NCBI GenBank assembly: GCA_002633005.1
Contig: NMRA01000134.1
Location: 655,719-719,718, forward strand
Origin: Phoronis australis
Lineage: Eukaryota > Animalia > Phoronida
Direction of reading: 5' to 3'
Length of the DNA: 64,000 nucleotides
In this document: positions 1 through 14,100 of the stretch, in pieces
How positions within the stretch are numbered: the stretch's first letter is position 1
Layout of the letters: each line of letters begins with the position of its first letter
Translations under genes and position numbers: made by a program
Notes under the pieces: model-generated
The model's input: the letters and a program-made list of their open reading frames with translations, nothing else
Told to the model about the DNA's origin: nothing
Databases searched by the model: none

Positions 1-1197
1 AAAACAACACTCATCATGGGGGGTTACTTGGTGATGATGTAAAACAACACTCATCACTTGAATTGAAACTATGGATCTGTTATATGCATTTTGATGTGAG
101 TTTGGCTAATAACAGTTGAAAGTGAGCCTCAAAATGCATCAAATTATTGCACAGATTAACGAATCCTTTGCAGAAGAGCTAGATTCTCGAGGCATATACC
201 TTGTGATCACACTTACTAAAATGCAAATGTTCTAGCTCCGCATCTCGACATGTGTGTGATGCACCAGATATTTAAGAGCCAACAAGGGGTCCATCATGTA
301 TTGGGACTCGAACAAGTGCAGGAGATTAAATCCTTTGAATTAACATTGTGATGGAAAATTCTGGGTCATTTTGTCGTATTACTTTTGGCATGTACTAGAA
401 TTTCATGTGGATGTATGATAATATATATGATTGATTTGATGAATTAGTGAATGCTTGACAATCTTTTCCTCATATTGTCTTACGTGCTATTTCCTGTCTT
501 ACAATTCATTTTGGATGTTTAATTCGGGAAATGAGCTCATGGTGATGTGGATGTAAAATATATGTTCATGTTTATTGCTTAGTTTGTTGTCAAGGTTTTG
601 CTAGTTTGATAATGTTGATTCACTGTCATGGATCTTGTTAATCAGTTAATATATTTTGTAAGTATGCACAAGATGTGTTAGTGTCCTTTAATGGCTAAAT
701 GCGCCTTCTCAAGGGTGATATCTTGGGTGACACCTGTGGGATTTGAAATGTTGGAAAAAATTATCTAATGATTATTATCCTGTTCCGCCATTTAAAAACC
801 ATTCAGAAGCCGTTGAGCCATTCAGAAGCCGGTAGGGAGACATTGCTTACTTCCGTGGTGTCGCCATTTTGAAATGATTAGAACCAGTAGCGCTCCTATA
901 TATAGCGGGTGTGTGAGGAGTAATGTTTACTGTGTGCAGTCTCAAAATGAACGTTAATAAGTGAGCTGTTGAGAAGATGAGGCCATTAAGCTATTAAGAG
1001 TCATTTTAACATAACTTTTAAAGTCTCTTAATGGCTGCTGTAAATCGTTAATAACCTGTTTCGCTATTTTAATAAGAAGTCTCGGTGAGCAAAGAATCCA
1101 CTCATTGAACCGTTAAGAAGCCGTTAAGCCCTTAAAAGAGGTTTGTTAAAAACACTGAAAGAACTCGTTGCTGGTCATTGTCAATTAAGGGCCGCTG

Positions 1198-1521
1198 ACC
1201 CTTACGAAAATTTCCAATAGGATATCTTATAAGGTTTTCTATGGGAAATTCTATTAGGATCCTTAAGGAAATCCAATTAGGTATGGCCCAATATCTTATA
1301 GGATCCTACAGGAAATCCTATAAGATCCTATAGGATTTCCTGTAGCAGTTCTTATAGGAATCTAATAGGATTTCCTATAGGGAGTTCTATAAGATCTTAA
1401 AGGATTTCTTATGGGATCCTATATAAGATAATGGGCCAAATCTAATTGGATTTCCTATAGGATTTCTTATAAAAAACCCTTTTAGGATATCCTATAGGAA
1501 ATCCAATATATTTCCTTGAGG
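1198..1521. repeat. Foldback-like element of inverted cctataggaaat subrepeats
   Basis: ggaaatccaattaggtatggcccaatatcttata (about 1267) is mirrored by tataagataatgggccaaatctaattggatttcc (about 1422..1455); many cctatagg units. Confidence 0.75.
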
Positions 1522-3429
1522 AATTCCTATAAGCCCTAAAATGCGGGCTAGAAATTACGGTAATGTGAAACTTTTACCCGGCTAAGATTCAGAGCTATGG
1601 ATTGTGCATTCGACGAATTATGGAAGTTCCTAGCTTAGTGTTGAATTTTTGTCTCGTTTTCTACTTTTGTTTCTCCGGCTGAGGCTGACCTTTTAACCAC
1701 TTTGTCAAATCTGGGGCTCGTTCGAGCCCTCTGAGCCCCCCGTTCCCCTCGGGTGCGCGCATGTACCCATACCCCAACGATACGCTGAAATCCACGGATT
1801 AAGGGTAAACTAACGTTGCTTACGTTTCATATTGCAGTAGTATATTGTACAGGATACAACACGATACTCTGAAGGCTCTACGAGACTGAGAATCTTTTGA
1901 AATGCCCCTATATATGAGTCCGAAGTTGGTAGTCCGACTGAAAGGAAAGCCAGTTAGATCTATGAGACCAGAAACCAGTGATACAACGACAGCTATAATC
2001 AACAAACTTTTAGTGGCAGTAAACCAAAAGTTGAAAATGCAAATAAAAAGCGACAGCTCGACGCACAGTTGCTCATGCGAACTTCGTTTGGATCCTTTCG
2101 AGAGGCACTGGTGCTTCAACAAAGTAGTTCCAAACAGGCCGACGTGCCTAAAATTATACGAATATATTGGTCGAAATGACTGTTCATAACCTTGTGTTAT
2201 GAAAATTCGAACTTCTAGCTCTCGACGAACTGGACTGACTTTCGGACGAGTGTGGCCCTTCGGTGCTATGGATTTTTGGTCTTGTCAATCCTTGGATTCA
2301 TCAATACCTTGATTTCTACACACACCCTTTCTCACTTGTAGTTTTCAATTCATATGATTTGGGTTTATCGCTTCCAGGGGGTTGACTTTCTTTGAACCTC
2401 ATTGTAGGGAGTTTGGCTGCCGTGACTGGTTTCGGCGCACAGTTTCTCAAAAACTGTAAAATTTAGCAAAAGATAAAGGCTTGTTGCAAATAAAACAACG
2501 GTATAAATAACAAAATCAATGTTAATTCGATGAAAACGTTCCAGAGTTGATCTCAGAAACAATGTTAATGTTGTCATAAAAATATGATCATTTCATTTTC
2601 GTTTTGTGAACTGTGTATAAATTACAGTATTTGAAAACTTTACATGAATCTAAACAGCTATTCAGGTCTAACATTTAAACCTTCAAACTTAGAGAAATGT
2701 ATAGCGTTTAGGGTCACACGTGACCTGAACAACCAGGACCCTGAACTCCGTCACCATGCACTGGCAGTGAACCTAAGATGTCTCCGAACCACCAACACGA
2801 AGTAACACCTACCTACTCGCCAGTCATTCGGACTTTATTCATGTACACGATGTCATACCTGGCTAAGTTCAGGGTCTCTCAAAACGCGGAGCGGAAGACT
2901 GGTAGTTACGTAATGTGGAAGATCTCAATCAGTTCGGATGATTTGTGTTATAATTCTTCTCATAGGTTAATTTTAAAATTGCTTTATTTTATTTCAGTGA
3001 CTTTTCCATTTGTCGAACCACTGGACTTTGTCTATCATTAACACGCGGGACCGTGACCACGGCATCACAACCAATTCCAATGCACCCGGTCAAATTCCCT
3101 GCCGTACCACTAACATGATTGATAACAGAGGCTAAAGGTCGCATGATGTCATGTAATAACTAGAAGCGGAGAATTATTCCTAAAAGTTGATGGACATGCG
3201 GAGTTTCCTCAGTTGACTAACAACACGGTTAATACGCCAATTACGAACTTTTATTCGAATAGTCTCCAACAACTGTCCTGAAAAAGTCTGTTTACAACTG
3301 TCAAAATTTTTCAAAGCTTCAAATGGCGTAAGACAAGATTGTAAAGGCAACCTTTTCAAAGTGGACATGGGTGGACTTACTGCACTTTTGAATGATTATA
3401 TAACTACGTGTGGAGCGTACACCAATCAT

Positions 3430-4037
3430 GTAGACACGCATGCTCATACATGCGCATATAGACGCATATATATATAGACGCGTATACGAATATAGACGCG
3501 TATGGACGCATATAGACGCGTATAGACGAAAACAAAACGTGCATATATGCGCATATAGAACCTATAGACGCATATAAACGCATATAGACTTCTATAGAAG
3601 CGTCTTGACGCATATACACGCGTATGTACACATATAGACGCATATAAACACGTAAAGACCCATAGAGACGAATATAGACGCCTATAGACATCTATAAACG
3701 CACACAGACGTATATACACGCCTATAGACGCCTATATAAGCCAATAGACGCGTAGACGCACAGACACGTGTATAGACGTACATAGACGCGCATGCACATA
3801 TCTGCGCATATAGACGCTTGGACGCGTATAGGCGCATATAGACGCCTACAGACACGTATAGACGTGTATAGAGGCATATATGCATATAGACGCAAATAGA
3901 CCCGTATAGACACATGTACAGACGCATGTAGACGCGTATATACGCATGTTGACGCATACAGACGCATATAGAAGCCTATAGACATGTATAGCCACGTGTA
4001 GACGCGTATCGATGCTTATAGACGCATATAGACACAT
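3430..4037. repeat. Degenerate 10-12 bp tandem repeat (tatagacgca)n
   Basis: Dozens of tagacgcata/tagacgcgta units; source of six spurious repetitive ORFs. Confidence 0.95.
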
Positions 4038-4039
4038 AC

Positions 4040-4135
4040 TTATTTATCCATTTATTCAGTAATATTTATTAATGTAATATTTACAATGAGGGTAGCTCCA
4101 TCAGTTCAAACTGGTTTCCATGGGGTCCCTCATTG
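4040..4135 (-). mobile_element. Probable 3' end of a LINE (L2/CR1-group type)
   Basis: Stem caatgaggg (4084..4092) / ccctcattg (4127..4135) followed on the minus strand by an (ATAA)-like tail. Confidence 0.45.
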
Positions 4136-4790
4136 AAAACATACAGCAAACAAACTAACAGAATTACAAAATGAAAGACAAAATTCAAACAATCAGCAAA
4201 TAATAAGAAATTAACATGGAAAGACCGATGAAACAAAATAAAATATGATAATTAGAAGATAAAGTAAGTAAGACAAGATGATTAACTAAAACATAAATAT
4301 AAATAATAAAAAACAGAAATAAATAAATAATAAAAGTAAGACATAACATTATATACACGCATGTTTACAAATGCACTCTTATACGCACACATCCATAAAT
4401 ACAAACATACACATGAATATACTACTACATACATGTATACACATGAGTAAAAAATAGTCTGATCTGGGGATACTGAATGTAAGTTGTTGGGTACTTCTAT
4501 TTATATGGTGACAAGAGATTGTCATGAATATTTGATAATATAACTAGTTTATCTCTTGCTGTGCTGCAATGCATACCGCCCATCCCATATCTTTATGTCC
4601 AAGCGTTTCATAGGTTTTTCAATAACGCAGAAAATAAATCCGAAACTAAAAGAGGTGATCCAGATCCTCTCCGGTGAGTCCATTCTTTGTTGAATGATGT
4701 TTAGGTAAAAAATAAGAAGTCTTTATGTTCAATCCATTAGATTTCTTAAATTATATCCTTAGTTAAGTCATCTGAAGCAGACCACCATAG

Positions 4791-4805
4791 AGCGCCATCT
4801 AGCGA
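4791..4805 (-). promoter_or_regulatory. CTCF-like motif upstream of Rab11-FIP exon 1
   Basis: Reverse complement tcgctagatggcgct resembles the CTCF core CCASYAGRKGGCRS. Confidence 0.35.
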
Positions 4806-5168
4806 GTGTTTTTGTATTTTCAACTATTACCGTGGGACATCAACTGGAATTTCACTTATGTGAAAGCAGTAACTGTTATCGGGACGTATCTCAATTTGAG
4901 GTATTTACATTGGTCTTGCCTCCATAGTAAATTTAGGAATGAGCTGAAACAATGGTCTTTATATCAGGATTGATAAACGTGAATTTGGAAGTGATGTGAA
5001 GCTAGGAAATGAAGATGGGTGGGACACAATTTATCTTGTGATAATCCGACGACCGTCGCGGAATGACCTGCCAGTCCTGTCATTAACGAACACGAAAGTA
5101 CTCGCATTACACACTTGACAAGAACAGTCAGTGTTAAAAGAGGACACGGGTCTTGTTGAAACAGCAGA

Positions 5169-5199
5169 ATGTATACTCCAACACACGTCCAAGTGACAG
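5169..5199 (+). CDS. RAB11FIP: Rab11-FIP coding exon 1 (MYTPTHVQVT)
   Basis: ATG at 5169; matches the class I FIP start motif (W/Y)xPTHVQVT; donor G|gtaagc at 5200. Confidence 0.92.
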
Positions 5200-8100
5200 G
5201 TAAGCTTCTAGATTGGTTAGCGCTTCTATATGTCTAGTAGTAATAGGCCTACGGTAGTAATTCACAGGACACTTGTTGACTACGCACTCACTATCTAGTA
5301 TCTAGTACATAGGCCTGCTTGCTTGTCGAATACATTGATCAGGGCTCTACTCTCATGCGTTACATTGTTACTTTGTTTTTGTTCTCCCTTCTCAGCATGG
5401 AAATTGAATTCTATCTCCAAACTATTTTCATGTTGAGAGAGAATGACACTGACTCATTGACTCAACTGCTTTGTTTTCATAAGTTAGTCTCTTAGGATTT
5501 TGTAGTGAGTAATTTATTGCAAGCTTTCAACATTGACGCTGGTTTTTGTAACTAAATGTTTATCATTGACCCTTTCATAACTGTGAAACCAAAACATGCA
5601 TTCTCATTCTGTCTCGATGAAATGGCCTAAATGAGGGTAGGTAAAAGTATAGTTGCCGGGTCCCTATTCAGACCCTATTCAATCCTTCATATCTCCCACA
5701 AAAATGACCACACATGGATGATATATACCTCAATCGATTCGTAGTTATTCACTCTTTACTCCTATGCTAAAATTAATCCGATTTAAGCTTTTACTTTCCA
5801 AACATTTGCCCACTAACGTACTTACGTGATAGGCTAGAAATCTCTCGTTAGTGTGGAGCCATCTTTCAATGTATTAGTTCCATCAACGACATCTAGCGTT
5901 GTAAATTACAACTAAAGTACTGTACGAACCCGAATCTCGTTGGCGACTAGAGGGGGGGGGGGTGGGAACTTGAGGGAGNTGGTGGGTGGTGACTAGAAGG
6001 GGGCACCTGGGGGGGGGTGGGATGGCCAGTGGAGGGGGGTGGCCACTGGACTTTTCAACACATTAGTTGACTTGGGAATTTCAACTCATGTGAGCCAAGC
6101 AGAGCTTTGTACATTTGCTTCCATAAGCACGAACAACAATATCTAGCCAACTCAGGTTTGAGCTGATATATTGACTAGTGCGAACATAGAGTTGCCATTG
6201 GGGCGGGTGTGGGGGTACCAATACCTATGATTTCCCACTTGGGTAAAAAAATACGCGTACAGGTTGTTTTTGGAATATTCTGACAGAGCAAAGTACCTAG
6301 TAGCACGCGTTTATCATCCGACTGTGATTATGTGATAGGAAGGAATTAGAGGAGAACGGCTGCGATTTTGTTTCTCCTTTCAAACTTGTCTTTGACACAT
6401 TTCATGTGCTCTAGCTTGTAAATGTAAGTGCGACCTCAATTCAGCAAATGCAACTTGGGATTCTGAACAGGTAGCAAATGATGACCCGCCTGTTTCCATA
6501 GCAGTAGGGGCTGATAGGATGTCAGAATGCTGTGGATTTCACTTCACTGTATTTTTGACCTTGCCAGTTTCTGCACCTTTATATTGTTTACTTGCATTAT
6601 TTTGTATCTCTCTTTCCTCTAGGACCCAAGCTACACAGTGCAATGAGTGATTTTGTATGAATTAGACACCGAGTTAAGGTCGAGATAACCAATTGACCAG
6701 TTTGTAGTTTGAGATAACTGAGCCAGGAAATGCTCATTGCTATCTGAGAGCAACATTGGCCTGTCTCCAGCAACTATCTGGTTATTCTGGTAGTTCAGTT
6801 GCTACTCGATGCGATCTTACAGTGGCACTAAATATTATCCAAACGGATAGCCAGCTTTTCAATTATTTAGCCAGCTTTTATTTTTTTGCCAAGCGTATTC
6901 ACTATCATTGACACTTAGTGTTACGTTTTTTGATTAGTAAATATGAAGTTATCCTGTGACGAATTTGTTGAACTAAGCAAATTTTATGTAGATAAAGATT
7001 ATTTGAGCACAAATGAAGAAAAACTTACTTGCATGACATTTCGATCAGAGCTGGGTCTGAAGAAATAACAGTCAGTTTTTTCAAGTTCAGAGAACTCACT
7101 CTTGTTTTGATTGAGGAACAATTTGAGACCAATTTCATGATGGTGAGTGGCCTAAATCAAAACTTGTTTTTTGACAGAAAACCCAAGTTATGCCATTCTT
7201 GGCAATTTTAAACATTTTTTCTGATTTCTGAGTTGGACCACTTATCACACAAATTGAAACTGATTTCAACTTGTTAATTATACATGTAAAATCATTGAAA
7301 CTGATTTCAACTTGTTAATTATACATGTAAAATCTTAGCTGAATTTAAGATGCAATATGGCATACAAGTGAAATTTAATTTTCTCACTTTTTCATCTGAA
7401 GATAGGTAGCGCTAGTTATTTGATATATCAATGAGAATGGAGGCTACTAAATAAGGTTTGAAATAACCTTAATGTTTTCAAGTTCTGTACCTTATTTACC
7501 ATCAGACAATATTTAAAAAAAGTGCGGGCATTTACAACAATGCCAGAAGGACTTGAAAAACAGAAAATGTGAAATTTTGACAATTATTTATGTTTTAAAT
7601 TGATGTAATTCTAACCTACCGTACTTAGAACTGATTCCAGCAATTTAGAATAGTTGACAATACATAATGTAGTTCTTAGGCCTACCCCCACCACGAGATA
7701 GCACCAAGATTTGTTTCACTCATAGGATTACCTCCATCCCCCACTCCCCAGTTGCACCACTGCCTGGGAACATAAGGATACTGTTCAGTTATAGTGCCAT
7801 CCACTCACAGATTTATCCTAGAACAAGTTCTTGGGTAACTTGTACCACTTCTAATTCCTGTGTGGTGGCAAACCTGGGATAAGACCAAAGTCATCAGCTG
7901 TTGTTGCATACAGACAGGCACACTGAGCTCGGGCTCAGGAGCACACCGTGCTCAGGATTAGTTGTTCATTGTCACGCTTAGAGTGACAACTTTTGCCTTA
8001 CCCCAGTTATGGCGATATATGTGTGTGTGTGTCTGTGTGTGTCTGTGTGTGTGCGTGTGTGTGCGTGTGTGCGTGCGTGTGCGTGTGTGCGCGCGCGGAC

Positions 8101-11100
8101 GCTCCACTTAAAGGTGGGGAAAGTTGCACTAGTGCAAATTGTTACTGTGTAGGCTTTGTGTGGATGGGACTTATATCCAGTTATTTTCTTCTTGAACAGG
8201 TACTCTCATTTCAGTACCCACTATCCTTAGTTCAAGCAAGTCCTGTAGCCAGGCCAGTGCAGAAGTGAGAGACACTATTCCAAGAATTTGCCCAGCTGGG
8301 ATGGTGTGGGCAAAAATTACCATTTGTTGATAGGAAAAGCTAAAATTATGCAACAGTGCCTGTTTATGTATGTCAGGCACTTGAGTGGGACTCCTCTTAT
8401 GTTGAAGGTTGACATTGGATATGTTGCATGGCTAAGATCTGATGATTGGCTGAGGCTAATTACTAAATGCACTTTGTGCTTCATCTCAACTTGAAGTTAT
8501 ACAATTTGTTTTGTTTTTAAAGTGCATATGTACTTACTCTGCTCACTGCTTCATTATGCAGTCAAGAATATTCATTATGTAGAATCTGACCAAATTTGGA
8601 CACAATATTGGCGATGTGACAATCTGTAGGCCCTCAGTGGAACCTCAGATTTTGTTTGGCGACCTGGTAAAAATGTTAAGTCACCACCAAGTCGCCAGCC
8701 ACGTGCCCATCCAAGCATGCATTTAAAATACTACAAGTAAACAGATGGAAATCTGCGACTCTTGCTCCAGTTAGGCATCACCTGTAGGTGCCAGGATTTT
8801 TTCAACCCATCCTATAGGCTTTGCCTTTTTTATAGCCTTAGTTCTTGTTTGTTCATCTAGGAATTGCCTTGTTAAATTCTGTTTTTTCACTAGAGTTTAC
8901 AAAAGGTAAGTAGCACATAATACATGTTCTACACCATGGTTGCTATCTGTTCATTGTTGCCAACCATAAGTAGTGTCGACATTACAAGTTACCCTAGAGG
9001 AACTTGCCCTAGTGAAACTTGCCCCTGCCAAGTGTCCCCACTACACACCCTACACCATGCTAAAAATAGAGTGCGAACTGAGACAAGCCCACAGTTGGTA
9101 AAAATTTGCACCATGTGTCTGCTGGTTTGTGTCCATGACTCAACTTGCCCCAGCCCAAATAGCAGCCATACAAATACTAAACCTGGCCACAACTCACAAC
9201 TCTGAAAGCTTATTTTGTAGGGGTGAGTGACAAAGTTTTGTTTGTTTTTTGACAGCATATCGTTGTAAATAAAGGAGCCAGCAGGAAGTCTTTTTGAAAT
9301 GAAAGTGTCCTTAGACATAGTGAGTTGTTTGAAAAGATCAAGACTACTGGCTGACATGGTCAATAAATTAGTTATCCTGGAACTGTAGTTGTGGATTGTT
9401 TTAGGGAAAATTTCATTGAAAGATAATGTTGAGTCTGGACTGTCCTATCAGGATTTAGTCTCTTGTTGTTATGTGTAGTTTAAACTTTTAAAGGGTCTGG
9501 AAAAAATCCTAAATTATTTGTTTGTTTTTTTAGGTTTCTGCATTGCTTCAAAAGCAACAAACACTAGATGATATTGTGTTAAAAGTTGCTTTAATCTAAA
9601 AATACTAAATAATAATATTATTAATAAAATCACAAAATTAAACTTTAAGTAGCTTAGAAATCAATTGAAATCCTGGATCTGCTTTGTTAACATTGCCAGG
9701 GCTAAAACTGTAGATTTGAGGGCAGTAACACATTTTTTCGCTGGCATGTGTCAAACTCCTGAAACCCCAATTAAAGCTAGTCAAGCCAGGACACACTCTT
9801 GCCATTCATCTGAAGGTCAGACTATATGACCTCAGCTGTTACAGGTTGCGGATTGACCTCAGGTGATCCTTGGAGGTGTTGGTGATCCAGTTCACCAAAC
9901 CAGTCGTGGTACATTTCTATTGATTTTCTGATTGATTTTTAATGCATTTTCAATTCAATCTTTTTCTGTTTCTACCCAGAGTTTTTCTAATGACGGAATT
10001 GCTATGCAATTTTCTTTAATCAGAATTGTTTTGGACTGGAGGTCATCTAGGAGATACTATACATCCAAAACAACAAAAGCACCTCAGAAAGAACCTTCGT
10101 GGCACACATGTTGACAACAATGCCCCCTTTCACAGTGTGCATCCTTTGACATAACCGTTAACAAACTCACATGCACACATGCATATCTACAAATATCTGC
10201 ATGTGCCAAAAGCCCATTTCTACTAAACTTCCAACCAAGTATTGACTACTGACAGACTAATTAGTGGTATACTTCATGTGTTGATAATTATGAGATATGC
10301 TAATCGTGTGAGGTTTTGCGGATCAACACCCCTGAGTTGAAGATATGTCATTTTATCATAATTCATTGACCATGCAAATGAAGCCCTGCGCTTCACAGCA
10401 TCATGTCACACAAATGACTACTCCTCTTTCCTCTTAAACAAAAGTCTCTTGGGCTGTCTAGTTTCATGTTTAGAGTTAAAGTTGACATGGCACGTGATGA
10501 GATGACCGTGCGCAAGTGGCTTACTACCGTAAAACCTGGTGACAAATTTAAAAAATTGGGACAATTTTTGTCAGAAATTCAATAAAAATATTTAATGAAA
10601 ATAGATGTCTTAGATTCTGCTTTTGATAGGAGTTGATGAATAGTTTTAAAAAAACTGTTACGGCCCTTTCACACTAACTTAACTCCGGTATGAGTGGAGC
10701 ATCCATGTAAACTGCAAAGTTAATTGCACTGTTCATACCTGCTTCAATAGTTAACTGCATCAAAGTAAATGGTAAATGACGCTGTCATCATCGAAGTAAT
10801 CGCAAGGTATCACTGATGCCTCCCATGGTCACTAAGATTTTTTTAATGTGACAATTTGAGAGCATTTGCGTGTGATAATTGTCATAAAACTTATTTCTAA
10901 TTCGATAAGTGATTATTCAAGCAAAATATCAGCAAATATTAGCAACAACACTGCCCATTAATTGTTGACGATAGCAGTGACCCCTGGTGATAACTTCGGT
11001 GAGACTGAACTTGACTGTTCACACTGCACCACATCGTCTACGATCCACTGTTAAATCCATCTCTTTACTGTGAAGTTAACTGGCGCTGTTAACTTTGATC

Positions 11101-14100
11101 CAGGACTGAAGTTAACCGTTCATACTGACTGCAACTTTGGACTAGATTGATATCTGGGCTATCCTAGATTTAGAAACTGCTGTTGTGGTGGAGTTGAAAC
11201 CAGATGAGATTTTTTGTAATGCAGAGACCGATGTGGTTGACAAATTCTGACCTGCAGGACTTGTGTGTCTAGGTTCCACCTGTCAATATTAGTACCTTAC
11301 ATAAATTGTCTGTTACAGGGTAGAGTGTGCGCCCTAGGTTCAGTTGGAACTTTTAAAACACCACAAAACTGCATGAACATTATTCCATGATTGATGCAGA
11401 TGCACACATGAATGCATTGTTTGCAAAGTACAACTGACTCAGCAGCTGATGTGGTTCAAAACATAACTTTCACAAATTCTTTTGATGCTAATCAACTTCT
11501 ACAAATAAACTCCAGTTCAGATGACAATTTATTTAAGGAAATTAATCACTCAGTTTTGAAGTCTCTGACTGTGTTTGAAATTGTATAATGTTGCAAGGTC
11601 GGCTGTCACACTTTTTCTCATAAACTCCAATGTCATCTGGGGACCTAGCAGAATTCCAACATCATTTCAACTGGGTTACAACTGTTTATATGCCAGGGTC
11701 AGCTAAGGGTACTTGAATACTGGTACTTTTGCCAATTTGCAAGTCTATAAATGTTTTATATCCTCTCAGGTACTCTTAAACACTTGATAATACTTTTTGA
11801 TATCATTGCAGCTGAGGTTGATTATTTCTCCTGACTTCCTCGATATTTCAAATATTTGTTGGGGGTTTTTAAAATGCCAGTAAAGGTAAGGTTGTTAGTA
11901 TCCATTGGCTATGGCACATTTATAAAGTGTCATTAATTTCGGACTAATGGAATAGTAATAATTGCCAACTTCACTATTTTTTTTTCTAACATTTCAAAAT
12001 CTTTTAAATGCTATGATAGCAGTATTTACTGTACTCATTCAGGGTAACGCCTATGCTTGGCTTAACGCCTGCCTCTTGAAATTTCTAAATTTTCGTATTT
12101 AAATGCCCATGCCCAGCTTACCATCCATCCCCAGTTTATACAACCGTGCAAATGACTGGACTATGATTCCAGTTTGGCCTTATATTTGACTGTACGTACA
12201 TACTGTTATTTTCAATATAAGGCCAGTTATCATTAGTTGTTGTAGCCGATCAGCCGTGACCAAAATTAATGTATATTATTTTAAAGTAGTGCTTGGCTAA
12301 AAGCTCTAGAATATAAAAATATTAATGTCTTTGATCACGCCATAAAGCAAACGACGTAGGCTTTAGGGCCATGGCTATATACTGAATTCTGGGTAATACG
12401 GTAGTGTGGGCATGGTTTTTACTGAAGAAGACATGACATGGTTCTTTTAAGTCATTTTGATATCATGGTACTCAATGTACAAACTAGATTGAAAGCACTC
12501 ACAGGCAGCATGAGGCCACGCGGCTCATTATGTACATCATATTTGCACTATACTATGCAAAAAGCTGTCACACTACCGAACTGCTTCATTCTAGACGCTA
12601 AGCCCTTACTTCATTGTCTACAAACCTGATTGGATCTTTTAATGACACTATAGCTCCCTGTTCATTAACCCCAGTGTAACATGAGGTAAGTTCTCGCCCC
12701 CCCCCCCTTGGTTCTCAGCATTGTTGTTTTTAAGTGCCTGTACTCTGGTTTGAAGAATGCCACCCGATTTAATTAGTCTTTTTACGGTCTTAATCGGTCT
12801 ATATTCACATCACCTTGTATACGGTCGAGCTTACCTCGCCGAGAGATGTCGCATTAACCTGTGAAGAAGGTGAGAAACAACGCAGCAACGTCAGTGGTTC
12901 TTCTGCAGAGTGAGTCCCGCTATGCTGTTCTGTATTGTTCCTGCTTGGGCGAACTATGAAGCTGCTAGGAAAGCAGGTATATCATATTCATTTTTTCAAT
13001 TCCCTCGAGAGTCCATAATGCTTCGGAAGTGGCTAGCGGTAGTGAAGAATGAAAACTACGCCGTTAATACCAAGTATGAGGCCGTGAAACTTCTCCGTGT
13101 CTGTCAGTGGCCTGCATTTCGTCCGATCAGTTGTTGATCAGTTTTTGATGGAGAATTGTAGTTGGCCATGAAAACATAAACAATTGCAATTACTTCAAGG
13201 CGTGAGAACATAACATTTTATATAACCTGTTTGATGACTGACTCGTTTGTGAGGCTTCTGTTTGGTCCTCTGGGTGTAGGATATGTTTTCGCCCGTTCTT
13301 TTTCTCGGCCTTAAAAACGTCGTAAGTACACCTCTGTTTAGATGTGGTGCAAAATCAGGATAGTGCATGAGACACATCTGCACTTCTCCAAGAAGGCGTT
13401 TCACTTACGGAATTTCGTGGCAACAAACGCGTCAGTCATTTCCATTATCTTGCGGTTGCGAGTTGTCACGTTGACGTTTATTATTGTGCGTTCTGTTTCA
13501 AAAAGAATTATTCTCACCTTAACCAATACTTAAAACTGAAACAAAGTCCGTCTCATTAGATACAATTTGTAATGCCTTGTAGTGTTCATGAGTGCAAATG
13601 TTTTGAGAAATCAGCAATGAATAAATCACTGCAGTTACCAGCATGCTAATTAAGCGTTTGCTGACAGAAAACTGTTGTGAAACAATAACTCAATTTTATA
13701 TTATCCTCTGGTCAGATGTTAGGGGAATCTTTATTTAGAAATACAAATACATTATTCGAATCATTGTTACTGTACAACTTTTACCCTGATGGTTCTGTGT
13801 AAGGGTAACCTGACTTCGCGGCTCCCGACGAGCTCGTAAGTAGATTTGCAATTTCTCAGCTAATTCCCGAAAATAATCGTGCACATTTTGTCTTTGGCTC
13901 ATTAGTATAGTCGTTTGGTGACTGGAAGTTTACTTTCCAACTTTAGCTGGTTTATGTTCGTGATGTTTTCAGTCCAGCCGCGATGGGCCTGATCGGGTTC
14001 CAAGCCGCTGGCCGGGATAGCAAGCGTTTTGTGTGTTTAGAACTGAAAAAAATCGCAAGTCTAAAATTACAACACATAGCTGTGTTCTCCTGTCTGTGTA

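Noticed and set aside
3404-4037. Six overlapping Y/M/R/V-rich ORFs
   Set aside because: Translations of a tandem repeat.
10661-11140. Harbinger-like MITE start (tta|cggccctttcacact) with gttcacactg subrepeats
   Set aside because: No matching right terminus found, so it could not be delimited.
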